NCBI GenBank assembly: GCA_015492245.1
Contig: WGFM01000017.1
Span: 38,693-102,692 of the forward strand
Direction of reading: 5' to 3'
Length of the DNA stretch: 64,000 bases
Source: Deltaproteobacteria bacterium
GTDB lineage: Bacteria; Desulfobacterota; GWC2-55-46; DRQE01
Shown: piece after piece, positions 29,798 through 39,556 of the stretch
Numbering within the stretch: the stretch's first letter is position 1
How the letters are laid out: every line of letters begins with the position of its first letter
The notes under the pieces: generated by a model
Database searches by the model: none
What the model saw: the letters and a program-made list of their open reading frames with translations, nothing else
What the model was told of the DNA's origin: nothing
Position numbers and translations under genes: made by a program

Positions 29798-31072
29798 TTG
29801 TTTGATATGTCCTACGAATTCTTTATAGGGCTCAGATACTTAAGGTCCAAACGAAAGCCCACCTTCGTATCGGTTATAACCTTCATATCCGTGCTGGGTA
29901 TTACCGTGGGGGTTATGGCACTCATAATAGTGCTCTCTGTCATGTCAGGGTTCGAGAAGGATATAAGGGATAAGATTCTCGGCATAAATGCCCATATTGT
30001 GGTGCTCAAATACGGCAACATAGAGGAATACAGGGAGCTTGGAGAAAAACTCAAAGGGGTGGAAGAGGTAAGGGCCACCACACCCTTCGTATACAGGCAG
30101 GCGATGGTCTCAACCCCCTACGGCGCTACGGGCGTGGTGGTTAGAGGAATAGAGGTCGAGAGTTTCGACAGGATTACAGAACTCTCGAAGAAGATGACAC
30201 AGGGCGGTCTCGAGGCTCTTGAGACCGGGTTCAGGGAGGCAGCACAGAAGGGCACACTGCCAGGCATCGTCATAGGAAATGAGCTTGCGAAGACACTTGG
30301 GGTGTGGGTGGGAGATGGGGTTAACCTTATAACCGTGCTCGAAGAGGAGGGCATAGTTACGGGCACCCCGAGGATAGCAAAATTCCAGGTGGTGGGCATA
30401 TTCGATGTGGGCATGTATGACTACGACTCGGGGCTTGCCTTCATATCCCTTGAGAACGCCCAGAGGCTCTTCAGGATGGGGAAGACCGTTACAGGTATGG
30501 AGGTCGAGATAGAAGACATCTACAGGGCAGATACGGTGAAAGAACGCATACTCTCGGTAATCGGCAGGGACTACAGGCCTGTAACATGGATGGAGATGAA
30601 CCGTAACCTCTTTTCAGCCCTGAGGCTTGAAAAGACAGCCATGTTCATAATCCTCACCCTTATAATACTGGTTGCAGCGCTCAACATCATAAGCACCCTC
30701 ATAATGGTTGTCATGGAGAAGGGCAAAGAGATAGCAATTCTTAAGAGCATGGGCGCCACATCGAGTGGAATAATGCGCATATTTATGATACAAGGAACTG
30801 TTATAGGCATGGTGGGCACATTTCTGGGCACGGTGCTTGGCGTGGTATGTGCACTGAATCTTGAGCCCATTGTGGCATCTATCGAGAGAATGTTTAACTT
30901 CAAGCTCCTTCCACCGAGTGTGTATTACATAGACAGGCTTCCTTCCCAGGTTGAGTCCTCGGTGGTTGTGGTGATTGTTGTGGTATCCCTTGCGATAAGC
31001 TTCCTTGCCACACTGTATCCATCCTGGAAGGCATCGAGGCTTGATCCCGTAGAAGGGCTGCGATACGAGTAA
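29798..31072 (+). CDS. lolC: lipoprotein-releasing system permease (LolC/LolE, FtsX-like)
   Basis: 424 aa. N-terminal TM, a large periplasmic domain, and a C-terminal FtsX 3-TM domain. Confidence 0.85.
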   Translation: MFDMSYEFFIGLRYLRSKRKPTFVSVITFISVLGITVGVMALIIVLSVMSGFEKDIRDKILGINAHIVVLKYGNIEEYRELGEKLKGVEEVRATTPFVYRQAMVSTPYGATGVVVRGIEVESFDRITELSKKMTQGGLEALETGFREAAQKGTLPGIVIGNELAKTLGVWVGDGVNLITVLEEEGIVTGTPRIAKFQVVGIFDVGMYDYDSGLAFISLENAQRLFRMGKTVTGMEVEIEDIYRADTVKERILSVIGRDYRPVTWMEMNRNLFSALRLEKTAMFIILTLIILVAALNIISTLIMVVMEKGKEIAILKSMGATSSGIMRIFMIQGTVIGMVGTFLGTVLGVVCALNLEPIVASIERMFNFKLLPPSVYYIDRLPSQVESSVVVVIVVVSLAISFLATLYPSWKASRLDPVEGLRYE

Positions 31073-31101
31073 CACCGGAAAGGAGCAAAGACAGGTAGAC
31101 C

Positions 31102-31776
31102 ATGGAGCTTATAAGAACCGAGACACTCTGCAAGAGCTATTCAAAAGGAGAGATAAGGGTAGAGGTGTTGAAGGGGATAGATGTGAGCATACAGAGGAGA
31201 GGGTGTGTGGCCATACTCGGTGCATCAGGGGTGGGAAAGTCCACATTCCTCAACATCCTTGGTGCACTCGACAGACCCACCAGCGGACAGGTATATTACA
31301 GGGACACACCCCTTTTTACCATGGGAGAACAGAGCCTTGCAGAGTTCAGGAACAGAAAGGTGGGTTTCGTCTTCCAGTTCCACCACCTTCTGCCAGAGTT
31401 CACGGCCCTGGAGAATGTTATGCTGCCTGCCCTCATAGGAGGAGTGGCCTTCGAAGAGGCAAGAGAGAGGGCAGAAGGGCTCCTTAAAGAGGTGGGGCTT
31501 GGAAGAAGGCTCGACCACCGCCCCGGTGAACTCTCCGGGGGCGAGCAGCAGAGGGTCTCTCTTGTTCGTGCACTGGTGCAGACACCCGAGGTCATACTTG
31601 CGGACGAGCCCACAGGCAACCTGGACTCGAAGACAGGCATGGAGGTAGTTGAACTCCTCCTGCAGTTCAACAGGGATAAGGAGATAACCATCGTTATGGT
31701 TACCCATAACGAAAAGATAGCGTCCCTTATGTCAACAAGATTAGAGATGGTAGATGGAAAGATAGTCAATGCATGA
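31102..31776 (+). CDS. lolD: lipoprotein-releasing system ATP-binding protein
   Basis: 224 aa ABC ATPase with Walker A GASGVGKST and signature LSGGEQQR. Confidence 0.9.
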   Translation: MELIRTETLCKSYSKGEIRVEVLKGIDVSIQRRGCVAILGASGVGKSTFLNILGALDRPTSGQVYYRDTPLFTMGEQSLAEFRNRKVGFVFQFHHLLPEFTALENVMLPALIGGVAFEEARERAEGLLKEVGLGRRLDHRPGELSGGEQQRVSLVRALVQTPEVILADEPTGNLDSKTGMEVVELLLQFNRDKEITIVMVTHNEKIASLMSTRLEMVDGKIVNA

Positions 31777-34477
31777 CAAGGAGGCTTGCAGAAAGGTCTT
31801 GGACAGGGTAAAGAGGGTTCTGCTTCTGACTATAACAGCTGTATTCCTTCTTGCCGGCCATACCGCCGAGGCAAAGGAGGTGGGCGTTGTTCTCATACCC
31901 TTCGATGTATACGCTGAAAAGGATATATCCCCACTGAGAAAGGAGATCATGGAAACGCTTGCAGAGAAACTAGAAAAGGAAGGGGTGAGGATAAGGGGTA
32001 TGGAGAGCATAAAGGAACTGTTCCTTGAAGGTGGGCTCAAAGAACTCACAGATAAACAGGCAATAGAGCTTGCCAGAGACGAGGGGGCAGGCTTTGTAAT
32101 AAGGGGAGCCATAACCCTTATAGGGGGAAGGTTCTCCCTGGATATGTTTGCCCTCGATACAACCGATGGCAGGTTCGTTGCGTTCTACCACAAAAAGGCC
32201 TCTTCCAGGGAGGCACTCATAGATGGTATCAAAAAGATCATACCAGAGCTTAAAGAAAGGCTTGAGCTCGCACTCCAGAAGATACCTGTGGAAAGAAGCG
32301 GTATGGTAACACGAATAGTGGTTGAGGGAAACAGACGAATAGATGCAGATGCCATACTCAAAAGGGTCTCCACAAGGGTGGGTGAGCCGTTCTCCACAGA
32401 CAGGGTAAAAGAGGATATACACTCCATATACGGTATGGGATACTTCGATGACATAATGGTGGATCTTTCCGACTACGAGGGTGGTAGGCAGATTACCTTC
32501 ATGGTCAGGGAAAAACCCCTCGTAAAGAAGATAGAGTTCAGGGGCAACAGGAACATAAAGGAAGAACGCCTGCGGGAGACCATAACCCTTAAGGAGAACA
32601 CCATACTCGACCGCATGCTCATAAAAGAAAATGTGCAGATAATAAAGGCCCTCTACAACCAGGAAGGCTACTACCTTGCAGATGTAAAAGAAGAGATTAC
32701 AGGAGACGGTGTGGGTGTAACCGTGGTGTTCAACATAACCGAGGGTGAGCAGGTAAAGGTCAAAAGGATTACCATAATAGGCAACAGTGTTCTAAGTGAT
32801 AGGAAGATAAAAAGGCTTATGAAGACGAAAGAAAAGGGGCTGTTCTCTTTCTTGACAGGCTCTGGCACATTCAATGAATATGTGTTCGAGGACGACCTTT
32901 CGGGTATAATAAGATATTACCTTGACCATGGATACATAAAGGCTGATATAACAGACTACAGGGTGCTCCTCAGCGAGGACAAAAGATGGTTCTACATCAC
33001 CATGGCCATAGACGAAGGGGTTCAATACAGGGTGGGAAAGATAGATGTCTCTGGAGACATAATATTCTCCAAGGAGGAGATACTCGAAAAATTCAGGCTC
33101 TCCACAGGCGATGTCTTCAGCAGGCGTCAGCTACACAAGACCATATCTGCCCTTACAACCCTTTATGGTGACAGGGGCTATGCAAATGCAGAGTTCAACC
33201 CTGTAACCCATATAGATGAGGAGAGAAAGACCATCGACATAACCATGAAGATTTCCATGAATGTGCCTGTGTATGTGGAAAGGATAGAGATAAGTGGCAA
33301 TATAAGAACCAGAGACAAGGTCATAAGAAGGGAACTCGAGTTCTCAGAGGGAGACCTCTACTCTGCCTCTGCCATGAGGATGAGCAGAAACAACCTGCGA
33401 AGACTCGGCTACTTCGAAGAGGTAAGGATTGAAAAGAGCGAGGGCAGCACACGCGACAGGGTAAGAATACATGTACGGGTAAAGGAAAGACCCACGGGCA
33501 TGATAACCTTCGGTATGGGATACAGCAGCGTGGACAAGGTCATAGTCATGGCATCGGTATCACAGGCGAATTTTATGGGCACAGGGATAAAGCTCAACCT
33601 CTCTGGCAATATAAGTGCAACGAGCAGCCGTTATATGATAAGCTTTACAGAACCATGGCTCTTTGATAAACCCTATATGGGTGGATTTGACCTCTACAAT
33701 ACATACAGAGATTATCCAGACTTTTCGATGGATAAGAACGGAGGGGTTCTGAGGTTCGGTTTCCCCATATACAAGAGGATAACCATGGGATACCTCACCT
33801 ACAGATACGAAAAGGTGGAGATTACAGATGTTGCCGAGACCACGAGTGCCCTCATAAAAGAACAGGAGGGCATCAGCACCGTAAGCAGCGTCAAGGCCCT
33901 TGTAAGGCACGACAGCCGTGATGACTTCTTCTTCCCCACAGAGGGAACGGTGGCAACGGCCTCTGTAGAGGTGGCAGGAGGTATTGTAGGAGGCAACACC
34001 AACTATGCAAAATACGAGGCAAGTGCAGGAAGATACTTCCCCATGCCAAAAGAGACCACCCTTATGACAAGGCTTACCCTGGGCTATGTGCACAGCTTCG
34101 GTGGAAAGAAGGTGCCTGTATACGAAAGATACTTCCTTGGTGGCATGAATACCATAAGAGGGTTCGATACCCGCAGCATCGGCCCCAAGGACCGCATCAC
34201 AGGAGAGGTCATTGGTGGGAAAAGCATGCTCATACTCAACACGGAGTATCTTTTCCCCTTATTTCCGGAGAACAACTTCATGGGGCTTGTCTTCTTTGAT
34301 GCAGGCAATGCCTATGAAGGGCCAATAGACCCTTCCACACTCAAGACCACTGCAGGAACTGGTATTAGGTGGTACTCTCCCATTGGCCCGCTGAGGCTTG
34401 AGTGGGGATACAACCTCAATAGAAAAGAGGACGAGAAACAATCAGCATGGGGCTTCACCATAGGAGGATTTTTCTAA
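31769..34477 (+). CDS. bamA: outer membrane protein assembly factor BamA with an extra N-terminal domain
   Basis: 902 aa. Signal peptide, about 150 aa of non-POTRA sequence, five POTRA-like repeats (from …RIVVEGNRRID…), and a C-terminal Omp85 barrel ending …GFTIGGFF. Confidence 0.9.
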   Translation: MHDKEACRKVLDRVKRVLLLTITAVFLLAGHTAEAKEVGVVLIPFDVYAEKDISPLRKEIMETLAEKLEKEGVRIRGMESIKELFLEGGLKELTDKQAIELARDEGAGFVIRGAITLIGGRFSLDMFALDTTDGRFVAFYHKKASSREALIDGIKKIIPELKERLELALQKIPVERSGMVTRIVVEGNRRIDADAILKRVSTRVGEPFSTDRVKEDIHSIYGMGYFDDIMVDLSDYEGGRQITFMVREKPLVKKIEFRGNRNIKEERLRETITLKENTILDRMLIKENVQIIKALYNQEGYYLADVKEEITGDGVGVTVVFNITEGEQVKVKRITIIGNSVLSDRKIKRLMKTKEKGLFSFLTGSGTFNEYVFEDDLSGIIRYYLDHGYIKADITDYRVLLSEDKRWFYITMAIDEGVQYRVGKIDVSGDIIFSKEEILEKFRLSTGDVFSRRQLHKTISALTTLYGDRGYANAEFNPVTHIDEERKTIDITMKISMNVPVYVERIEISGNIRTRDKVIRRELEFSEGDLYSASAMRMSRNNLRRLGYFEEVRIEKSEGSTRDRVRIHVRVKERPTGMITFGMGYSSVDKVIVMASVSQANFMGTGIKLNLSGNISATSSRYMISFTEPWLFDKPYMGGFDLYNTYRDYPDFSMDKNGGVLRFGFPIYKRITMGYLTYRYEKVEITDVAETTSALIKEQEGISTVSSVKALVRHDSRDDFFFPTEGTVATASVEVAGGIVGGNTNYAKYEASAGRYFPMPKETTLMTRLTLGYVHSFGGKKVPVYERYFLGGMNTIRGFDTRSIGPKDRITGEVIGGKSMLILNTEYLFPLFPENNFMGLVFFDAGNAYEGPIDPSTLKTTAGTGIRWYSPIGPLRLEWGYNLNRKEDEKQSAWGFTIGGFF

Positions 34478-34497
34478 AAAACAACAAGGAGAGGAAG

Positions 34498-35022
34498 ATG
34501 AAAAAGATAGCTTCTATAAGCGTGGTGTTCATCCTGCTGGGTTTTGTACACCTTGCAGCAGCAGAACTCAAGATAGGCTATGTAAACTTGCAGAGGGCAC
34601 TCAATGAGTGCGAGGCTGGCAGAAGGGCCAAGGCAGAGCTCAAGGAAGAGGCAAAAAAACTCGAAAAACAACTCACAGAAAAACAGGAGGAACTCAAGAA
34701 ACTCCGTGAAGAGATAGAGAAGAAACACGCCGTATGGAACGAGGAGACACGAAAGGCAAAGGAAAGGGACTATCAGACGAAGAGCCAGCACTTACAGCAG
34801 GAGTTCGTAAGGCTCAGCGAGGAGCTTAACAGAAAAAGAGGACAGAAGGAAGAGAAGATCATAAAGGAACTGCGCGCTCTCATAGACCAGGTGGCAGAGG
34901 AGAAGGGGTATACCTATGTGCTGGAGGCCTCCACGGGACTTGTCATCTACGGACCCGAAGAGGACGACATTACGGACCTGGTCATAAAACTATACAACGA
35001 GAAACTGAAAGAGAAGAAATAG
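34498..35022 (+). CDS. skp: periplasmic chaperone Skp/OmpH
   Basis: Signal peptide MKKIASISVVFILLGFVHLAAA followed by a long coiled-coil. Start placed at the internal ATG at 34498 after the bamA stop. Confidence 0.8.
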   Translation: MKKIASISVVFILLGFVHLAAAELKIGYVNLQRALNECEAGRRAKAELKEEAKKLEKQLTEKQEELKKLREEIEKKHAVWNEETRKAKERDYQTKSQHLQQEFVRLSEELNRKRGQKEEKIIKELRALIDQVAEEKGYTYVLEASTGLVIYGPEEDDITDLVIKLYNEKLKEKK

Positions 35023-35034
35023 AGAGAACACCCT

Positions 35035-36069
35035 GTGGCAGAAGGAAAGAGGCTTGAGGAACTGGCAGAACTTGTGGGTGGCACCCTGCGGGGCGACGGC
35101 TCTGTAGTGATAACAGGGGTCGCCTCTCTCGAAGAGGCCTGCAAGGGGGATATAACCTTTCTCTCCCACCCGCGCTACAAGAGGTTTCTGGCCACCACCA
35201 AGGCGTCTGCCGTGGTGGTCTCGCCTGAACTTGCAGACACCATGGCTGGTAGAAACCTCATTGTAGTCCAGAACCCCTACCTTGCCTTTGCAAGGATAAT
35301 GGCATCCATAGGGCCCACAAGGCACCCGTCCCCTGGAATCCATCCTTCAGCCTTTATAGACCCATCTGCCACCATCGGTGAGGATGTTTCCATACAGGCA
35401 GGGGTCTTCCTGTCGAGGGGCGCAACGGTGGGCAACAATGTGGTGCTCTACCCAGGGGTATATGTAGGTGAAGATGTGGAGATAGGGGCAGATACCATCA
35501 TACACTCCAATGTGTCCATACGCGAGGGGGTAAGAATAGGCCACAGGGTTATAATACACTGTAACAGCGTTATAGGGAGCGATGGGTTCGGCTACACACA
35601 GGTCGGCTCAAGGCATGTCAAGATACCACAGGTGGGCACAGTGGTGATAGCAGACGATGTTGAGATAGGCGCATGTGTAACCATAGACAGGGCAACCACA
35701 GGTGCCACCGTCATAGGCAGGGGCACAAAGATAGATAACCTGGTGCAGATAGGCCATAATGTAAAGATAGGTGAGGATACCATAATCGTGGCACAGAATG
35801 GCATAGCAGGCTCTGCAAAGGTGGGCAACAATGTAACCCTTGCCGGCCAGGTGGGGGTTACAGGGCATCTTGAAATAGCCGATGGTTGTGTTATAGGGGC
35901 AAAATCACTGGTTTCATCAAGCATAAGGACCAGGGGGGTCTACACGGGCTACCCTCTTGGAGAACACAAACGCTGGCTCAAGGCACAAACCCTTGTGCAG
36001 AAACTACCAGAGCTGAAGGAAAAGCTCAAAGAGCTTGAGGAAAGGCTGGAGAAGCTGGAGAAAAAATAA
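35035..36069 (+). CDS. lpxD: UDP-3-O-(3-hydroxyacyl)glucosamine N-acyltransferase
   Basis: 344 aa with left-handed beta-helix hexapeptide repeats and an LpxD N-terminal domain. Confidence 0.9.
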   Translation: MAEGKRLEELAELVGGTLRGDGSVVITGVASLEEACKGDITFLSHPRYKRFLATTKASAVVVSPELADTMAGRNLIVVQNPYLAFARIMASIGPTRHPSPGIHPSAFIDPSATIGEDVSIQAGVFLSRGATVGNNVVLYPGVYVGEDVEIGADTIIHSNVSIREGVRIGHRVIIHCNSVIGSDGFGYTQVGSRHVKIPQVGTVVIADDVEIGACVTIDRATTGATVIGRGTKIDNLVQIGHNVKIGEDTIIVAQNGIAGSAKVGNNVTLAGQVGVTGHLEIADGCVIGAKSLVSSSIRTRGVYTGYPLGEHKRWLKAQTLVQKLPELKEKLKELEERLEKLEKK

Positions 36070-36086
36070 AACCAAAGGAGGCAAGT

Positions 36087-36536
36087 ATGGTGGAAAGCAA
36101 TACTTCCTGCATAGAGATACAGGAAATCATGAAAATACTACCCCACCGCTATCCTTTTCTCCTCATAGACAGGATCGTTGAGCTTGAAAAGGGCAGGATG
36201 GCCAGAGGCATAAAGAATGTAACCATGAACGAGCCCTTCTTCCAGGGGCACTTTCCCTCACACCCAATAATGCCGGGAGTACTCATAATAGAGGCCATGG
36301 CACAGGTTGGAGGTGTGCTTGCCTTCAAATCTGCAGATATGTCCAACAGGCTCGTATACTTTATGGGTATAGATGGAGCAAGGTTCAGAAACCCTGTCCT
36401 TCCTGGCGACACCCTTGAAATCCTCTGTGAGGTAAAGAAGACACGGGGCACCATATGGACATTTACAAGTAATGCCCATGTTAATCAAAAGCGCGTTGCA
36501 GAGGCAGAACTGATGGCAACAATGGTGGAGAGGTGA
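36087..36536 (+). CDS. fabZ: 3-hydroxyacyl-[ACP] dehydratase
   Basis: 149 aa hot-dog fold with a catalytic HFP…PGVL region. Confidence 0.9.
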   Translation: MVESNTSCIEIQEIMKILPHRYPFLLIDRIVELEKGRMARGIKNVTMNEPFFQGHFPSHPIMPGVLIIEAMAQVGGVLAFKSADMSNRLVYFMGIDGARFRNPVLPGDTLEILCEVKKTRGTIWTFTSNAHVNQKRVAEAELMATMVER

Positions 36537-36543
36537 AAAGATT

Positions 36544-37365
36544 ATGAAGAAGACTTGTGAGGTAAGAATCCATCCAACAGCAATAGTGCATCCCACGGCA
36601 GAGCTTGATACAGGGGTCGAGGTGGGTGCCTATTCCATAATAGGAGAAAATGTGCGAATCGGCAAGGACACCTGGGTGGCCTCCCATGTGGTTATACACC
36701 ACAACACCACCATAGGAAGCCAGTGCAGGTTCTACCCCTTCTCATCGGTTGGCATGGACCCACAGGATATAAGCTACAGGGGAGAACCCACAGAGACCAT
36801 CATTGGAGACCGTAACATCGTAAGAGAGTTCGTTACCATCCACAAGGGCACCCCGAAGGACAGGGGCAGAACGGTGTGTGGAAAGGACAACCTCTTTATG
36901 AACTATGTCCACATAGCACATGACTGTGTCATTGGAGACCATGTTATAATGGCAAACGCAGCGACCCTTGCAGGACATGTCATAATAGAGGCCCATGCGA
37001 TAGTGGGTGGGCTCGTTGCGATACACCAGTATGTACGGATTGGTGCCTACTCCTTCATCGGTGGTGCATCTGCTGTAAGCAAAGACATACCCCCTTATGT
37101 TATGGCGGTGGGCAACAGGGCGCATCTGCACGGGCTCAACAGTGTGGGGCTGAGAAGGCAGGGCTTCAGCCGCCAGGACATTGCCGAGATAAGGAGGGCC
37201 TATGCAATCCTTTTCAAGTCCTCCATGCCCCTCAAGGAGGCAACAGAAAGACTCAAAGAGGAACTGCCCGACTCGACTCATGCAAAGAGATTTCTGGCCT
37301 TCATAGAGGGCTCAACGCGGGGGGTTGCAAAGGAAAGGATACACCACCACTCTACAGAAGATTAG
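36544..37365 (+). CDS. lpxA: acyl-[ACP]--UDP-N-acetylglucosamine O-acyltransferase
   Basis: 273 aa hexapeptide-repeat protein with the LpxA C-terminal helical domain. Confidence 0.9.
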   Translation: MKKTCEVRIHPTAIVHPTAELDTGVEVGAYSIIGENVRIGKDTWVASHVVIHHNTTIGSQCRFYPFSSVGMDPQDISYRGEPTETIIGDRNIVREFVTIHKGTPKDRGRTVCGKDNLFMNYVHIAHDCVIGDHVIMANAATLAGHVIIEAHAIVGGLVAIHQYVRIGAYSFIGGASAVSKDIPPYVMAVGNRAHLHGLNSVGLRRQGFSRQDIAEIRRAYAILFKSSMPLKEATERLKEELPDSTHAKRFLAFIEGSTRGVAKERIHHHSTED

Positions 37366-37392
37366 AAAAACAGGGCAAGGAAAACACAGACA

Positions 37393-38394
37393 ATGGCAAA
37401 GAAGATAAAGACAGCAGTCATAGGGGTGGGCCACTTCGGAAGGCTCCACGCCACAAAATTTAAAGAGCTCGATGGTGTAGAGCTCGTTGCCGTGGTGGAT
37501 GTGGACAGAGAGCGTGCCCGAGCAGTGGCAACAGAGCTTGGCACCACTGCGTACACAGACTACCATGAGCTCACAGACAGGGTGGATGCAGTAAGTATTG
37601 TAACACCAACGGCTACACACTACAGGATAGCAAGCCACTTTCTCTCCAGCGGTGTGGATGTGCTGATAGAAAAGCCCATGACAGCAAACCCAGAGGAGGC
37701 TGAAAAACTCATAAAGGAGGCTGAAAAACGAGGGGTTGTGCTTCAGGTGGGGCTCCTTGAAAGGTTCAATCCGGCTGTCAGGCTCATGCGTGAAAAGGTG
37801 AGCACACCACTCTTTATAGAGTCGCACAGGCTTGCGCCCTTTTCCACCAGGGCACTCGATACGGATGTGATATACGACCTTATGATACACGATATAGACA
37901 TGGTGTTGAGCCTTGTGGACTCGGATGTGGAGATGGTGGATGCCGTGGGTGTACCTGTAATATCCGGAAAGATAGACATAGCCAGTGCAAGGATAAGGTT
38001 TAAAACAGGGTGTGTGGCAAATATAACTGCGAGCAGGGTCTCGAGGGAGAAACAGCGCAGAATAAGGGTCTTCCAGCCCTGCACATATCTATCCATAGAC
38101 TATGACACCCAGCGTGCCACCATAATGCACCTGAAACAGAAAGAGGATAGCCGCCCCACACTTGAGAAGGAAAGCCCCAGGATAAGGAAGGGAGACCCCC
38201 TCATGGAAGAGATAAGGGCATTTGTGGATGCCTCTCGCAAAGGGCTGCCACCAGCGGTGCCAGGCACAGAGGGAAAGAGGGCGCTCGAGGTGGCAAAGAA
38301 GATAAAGGGCTCAATAAAGCTCTCCCTCGAGAAGGCGGGGCACCATCTCGAAGGTGTGCCAGACCTTTCACAGGTGATCACCAGTGCGGACTGA
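37393..38394 (+). CDS. Gfo/Idh/MocA family NAD(P)-dependent oxidoreductase embedded in the lipid A cluster (GnnA-like candidate)
   Basis: 333 aa with an N-terminal Rossmann motif (AVIGVGHFGRLH) and the EKP motif. Sits between lpxA and lpxB. Confidence 0.8.
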   Translation: MAKKIKTAVIGVGHFGRLHATKFKELDGVELVAVVDVDRERARAVATELGTTAYTDYHELTDRVDAVSIVTPTATHYRIASHFLSSGVDVLIEKPMTANPEEAEKLIKEAEKRGVVLQVGLLERFNPAVRLMREKVSTPLFIESHRLAPFSTRALDTDVIYDLMIHDIDMVLSLVDSDVEMVDAVGVPVISGKIDIASARIRFKTGCVANITASRVSREKQRRIRVFQPCTYLSIDYDTQRATIMHLKQKEDSRPTLEKESPRIRKGDPLMEEIRAFVDASRKGLPPAVPGTEGKRALEVAKKIKGSIKLSLEKAGHHLEGVPDLSQVITSAD

Positions 38395-38406
38395 ACCTTA
38401 AGGACT

Positions 38407-39552
38407 ATGACGAGAACCATCCTTATGATAAGCGCAGAGGCATCAGGAGACCTTCACGGAAGCTCGCTCATAAAGGAAATCAAGAAGATAGACCCCTCTG
38501 TAAGGATAAAGGGCATGGGCGGCCAAAAGATGCTTCAGGCAGGGCTCGAGGGTATAGACTCCTCACAGCTTGCAGTGGTGGGGCTACAGGAGGTGGCAGA
38601 AAAACTCAGAGACATAGTAGGGGCATACAGAAGACTGAAGCGCCTTCTTTACGAAGAAAGATTCCACTGTGTTGTGCTCATAGACTATCCCGAGTTCAAC
38701 CTGAGGTTCGCAAGGCTTGCAAAAAAAAGAGGAGTGCCTGTAGTATATTACATAAGCCCACAGGTATGGGCATGGAGAAGGGGCAGGACAAGAAAGATTG
38801 CCAGGGTGGTGGACAAGATGCTCGTGGTCTTTCCCTTCGAAGAGACCATCTACAGGGAGGCCGGTGTGGATGTGGAGTATGTGGGGCATCCGCTGGCCGA
38901 GAAGGCGACCCTCAATGTCTCGAAGGAAGAGGCAAGGGAATCCCTCTCTCTTGAAAGAGAGGGTGTGGTGGTCTCGGTTCTTGCAGGAAGCAGAACCGAT
39001 GAGGTGAAAAGGCTTCTTGCCCCCATGCTCAAAGGGGTAAGGCTGTTTAAACAAAGGGTGCAGAAAGATGTGGCCATCCTGATACCTGTGGCAGATACAA
39101 TACAGGATGAACTCATAAAAGAAGAACTCGGGGCAACAGGCACCACAGCAAGGATTGTGAGGGGAAGACTCTACGAGGCCCTGAGGGCATCGGACATTGC
39201 CGTTGTTACCTCGGGTACCGCCACCCTTGAGACCGCCCTTATCGGAACCCCCATGGTAATCGTATACAGGGTCTCGCCACTTTCTTATCTTGTTGGAAGG
39301 TTCCTTGTGGGGGTAAAATATATAGGGCTGCCCAACATAGTGGCAGAAGAAGGGGTGGTGCCAGAGCTCATACAGGAGGATGTAACCCCTGAAAAGATCG
39401 CAGCCCATATGTCGCACCTGTTCACCGATGAGAAGGCAAGAGCCGGTATAACCGCTCGCTTCAAGGAAATAAGAAGGGTTCTTCTGAAAGACGGCTCTGC
39501 CCCCAGAAGGGCTGCACAGATAATATACCGGATAGCCTGTAAGGGAGACTGA
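38407..39552 (+). CDS. lpxB: lipid-A-disaccharide synthase
   Basis: 381 aa. N-terminus …MISAEASGDLHGS… is typical of the LpxB GT-B fold. Confidence 0.9.
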   Translation: MTRTILMISAEASGDLHGSSLIKEIKKIDPSVRIKGMGGQKMLQAGLEGIDSSQLAVVGLQEVAEKLRDIVGAYRRLKRLLYEERFHCVVLIDYPEFNLRFARLAKKRGVPVVYYISPQVWAWRRGRTRKIARVVDKMLVVFPFEETIYREAGVDVEYVGHPLAEKATLNVSKEEARESLSLEREGVVVSVLAGSRTDEVKRLLAPMLKGVRLFKQRVQKDVAILIPVADTIQDELIKEELGATGTTARIVRGRLYEALRASDIAVVTSGTATLETALIGTPMVIVYRVSPLSYLVGRFLVGVKYIGLPNIVAEEGVVPELIQEDVTPEKIAAHMSHLFTDEKARAGITARFKEIRRVLLKDGSAPRRAAQIIYRIACKGD

Positions 39553-39556
39553 CCCT

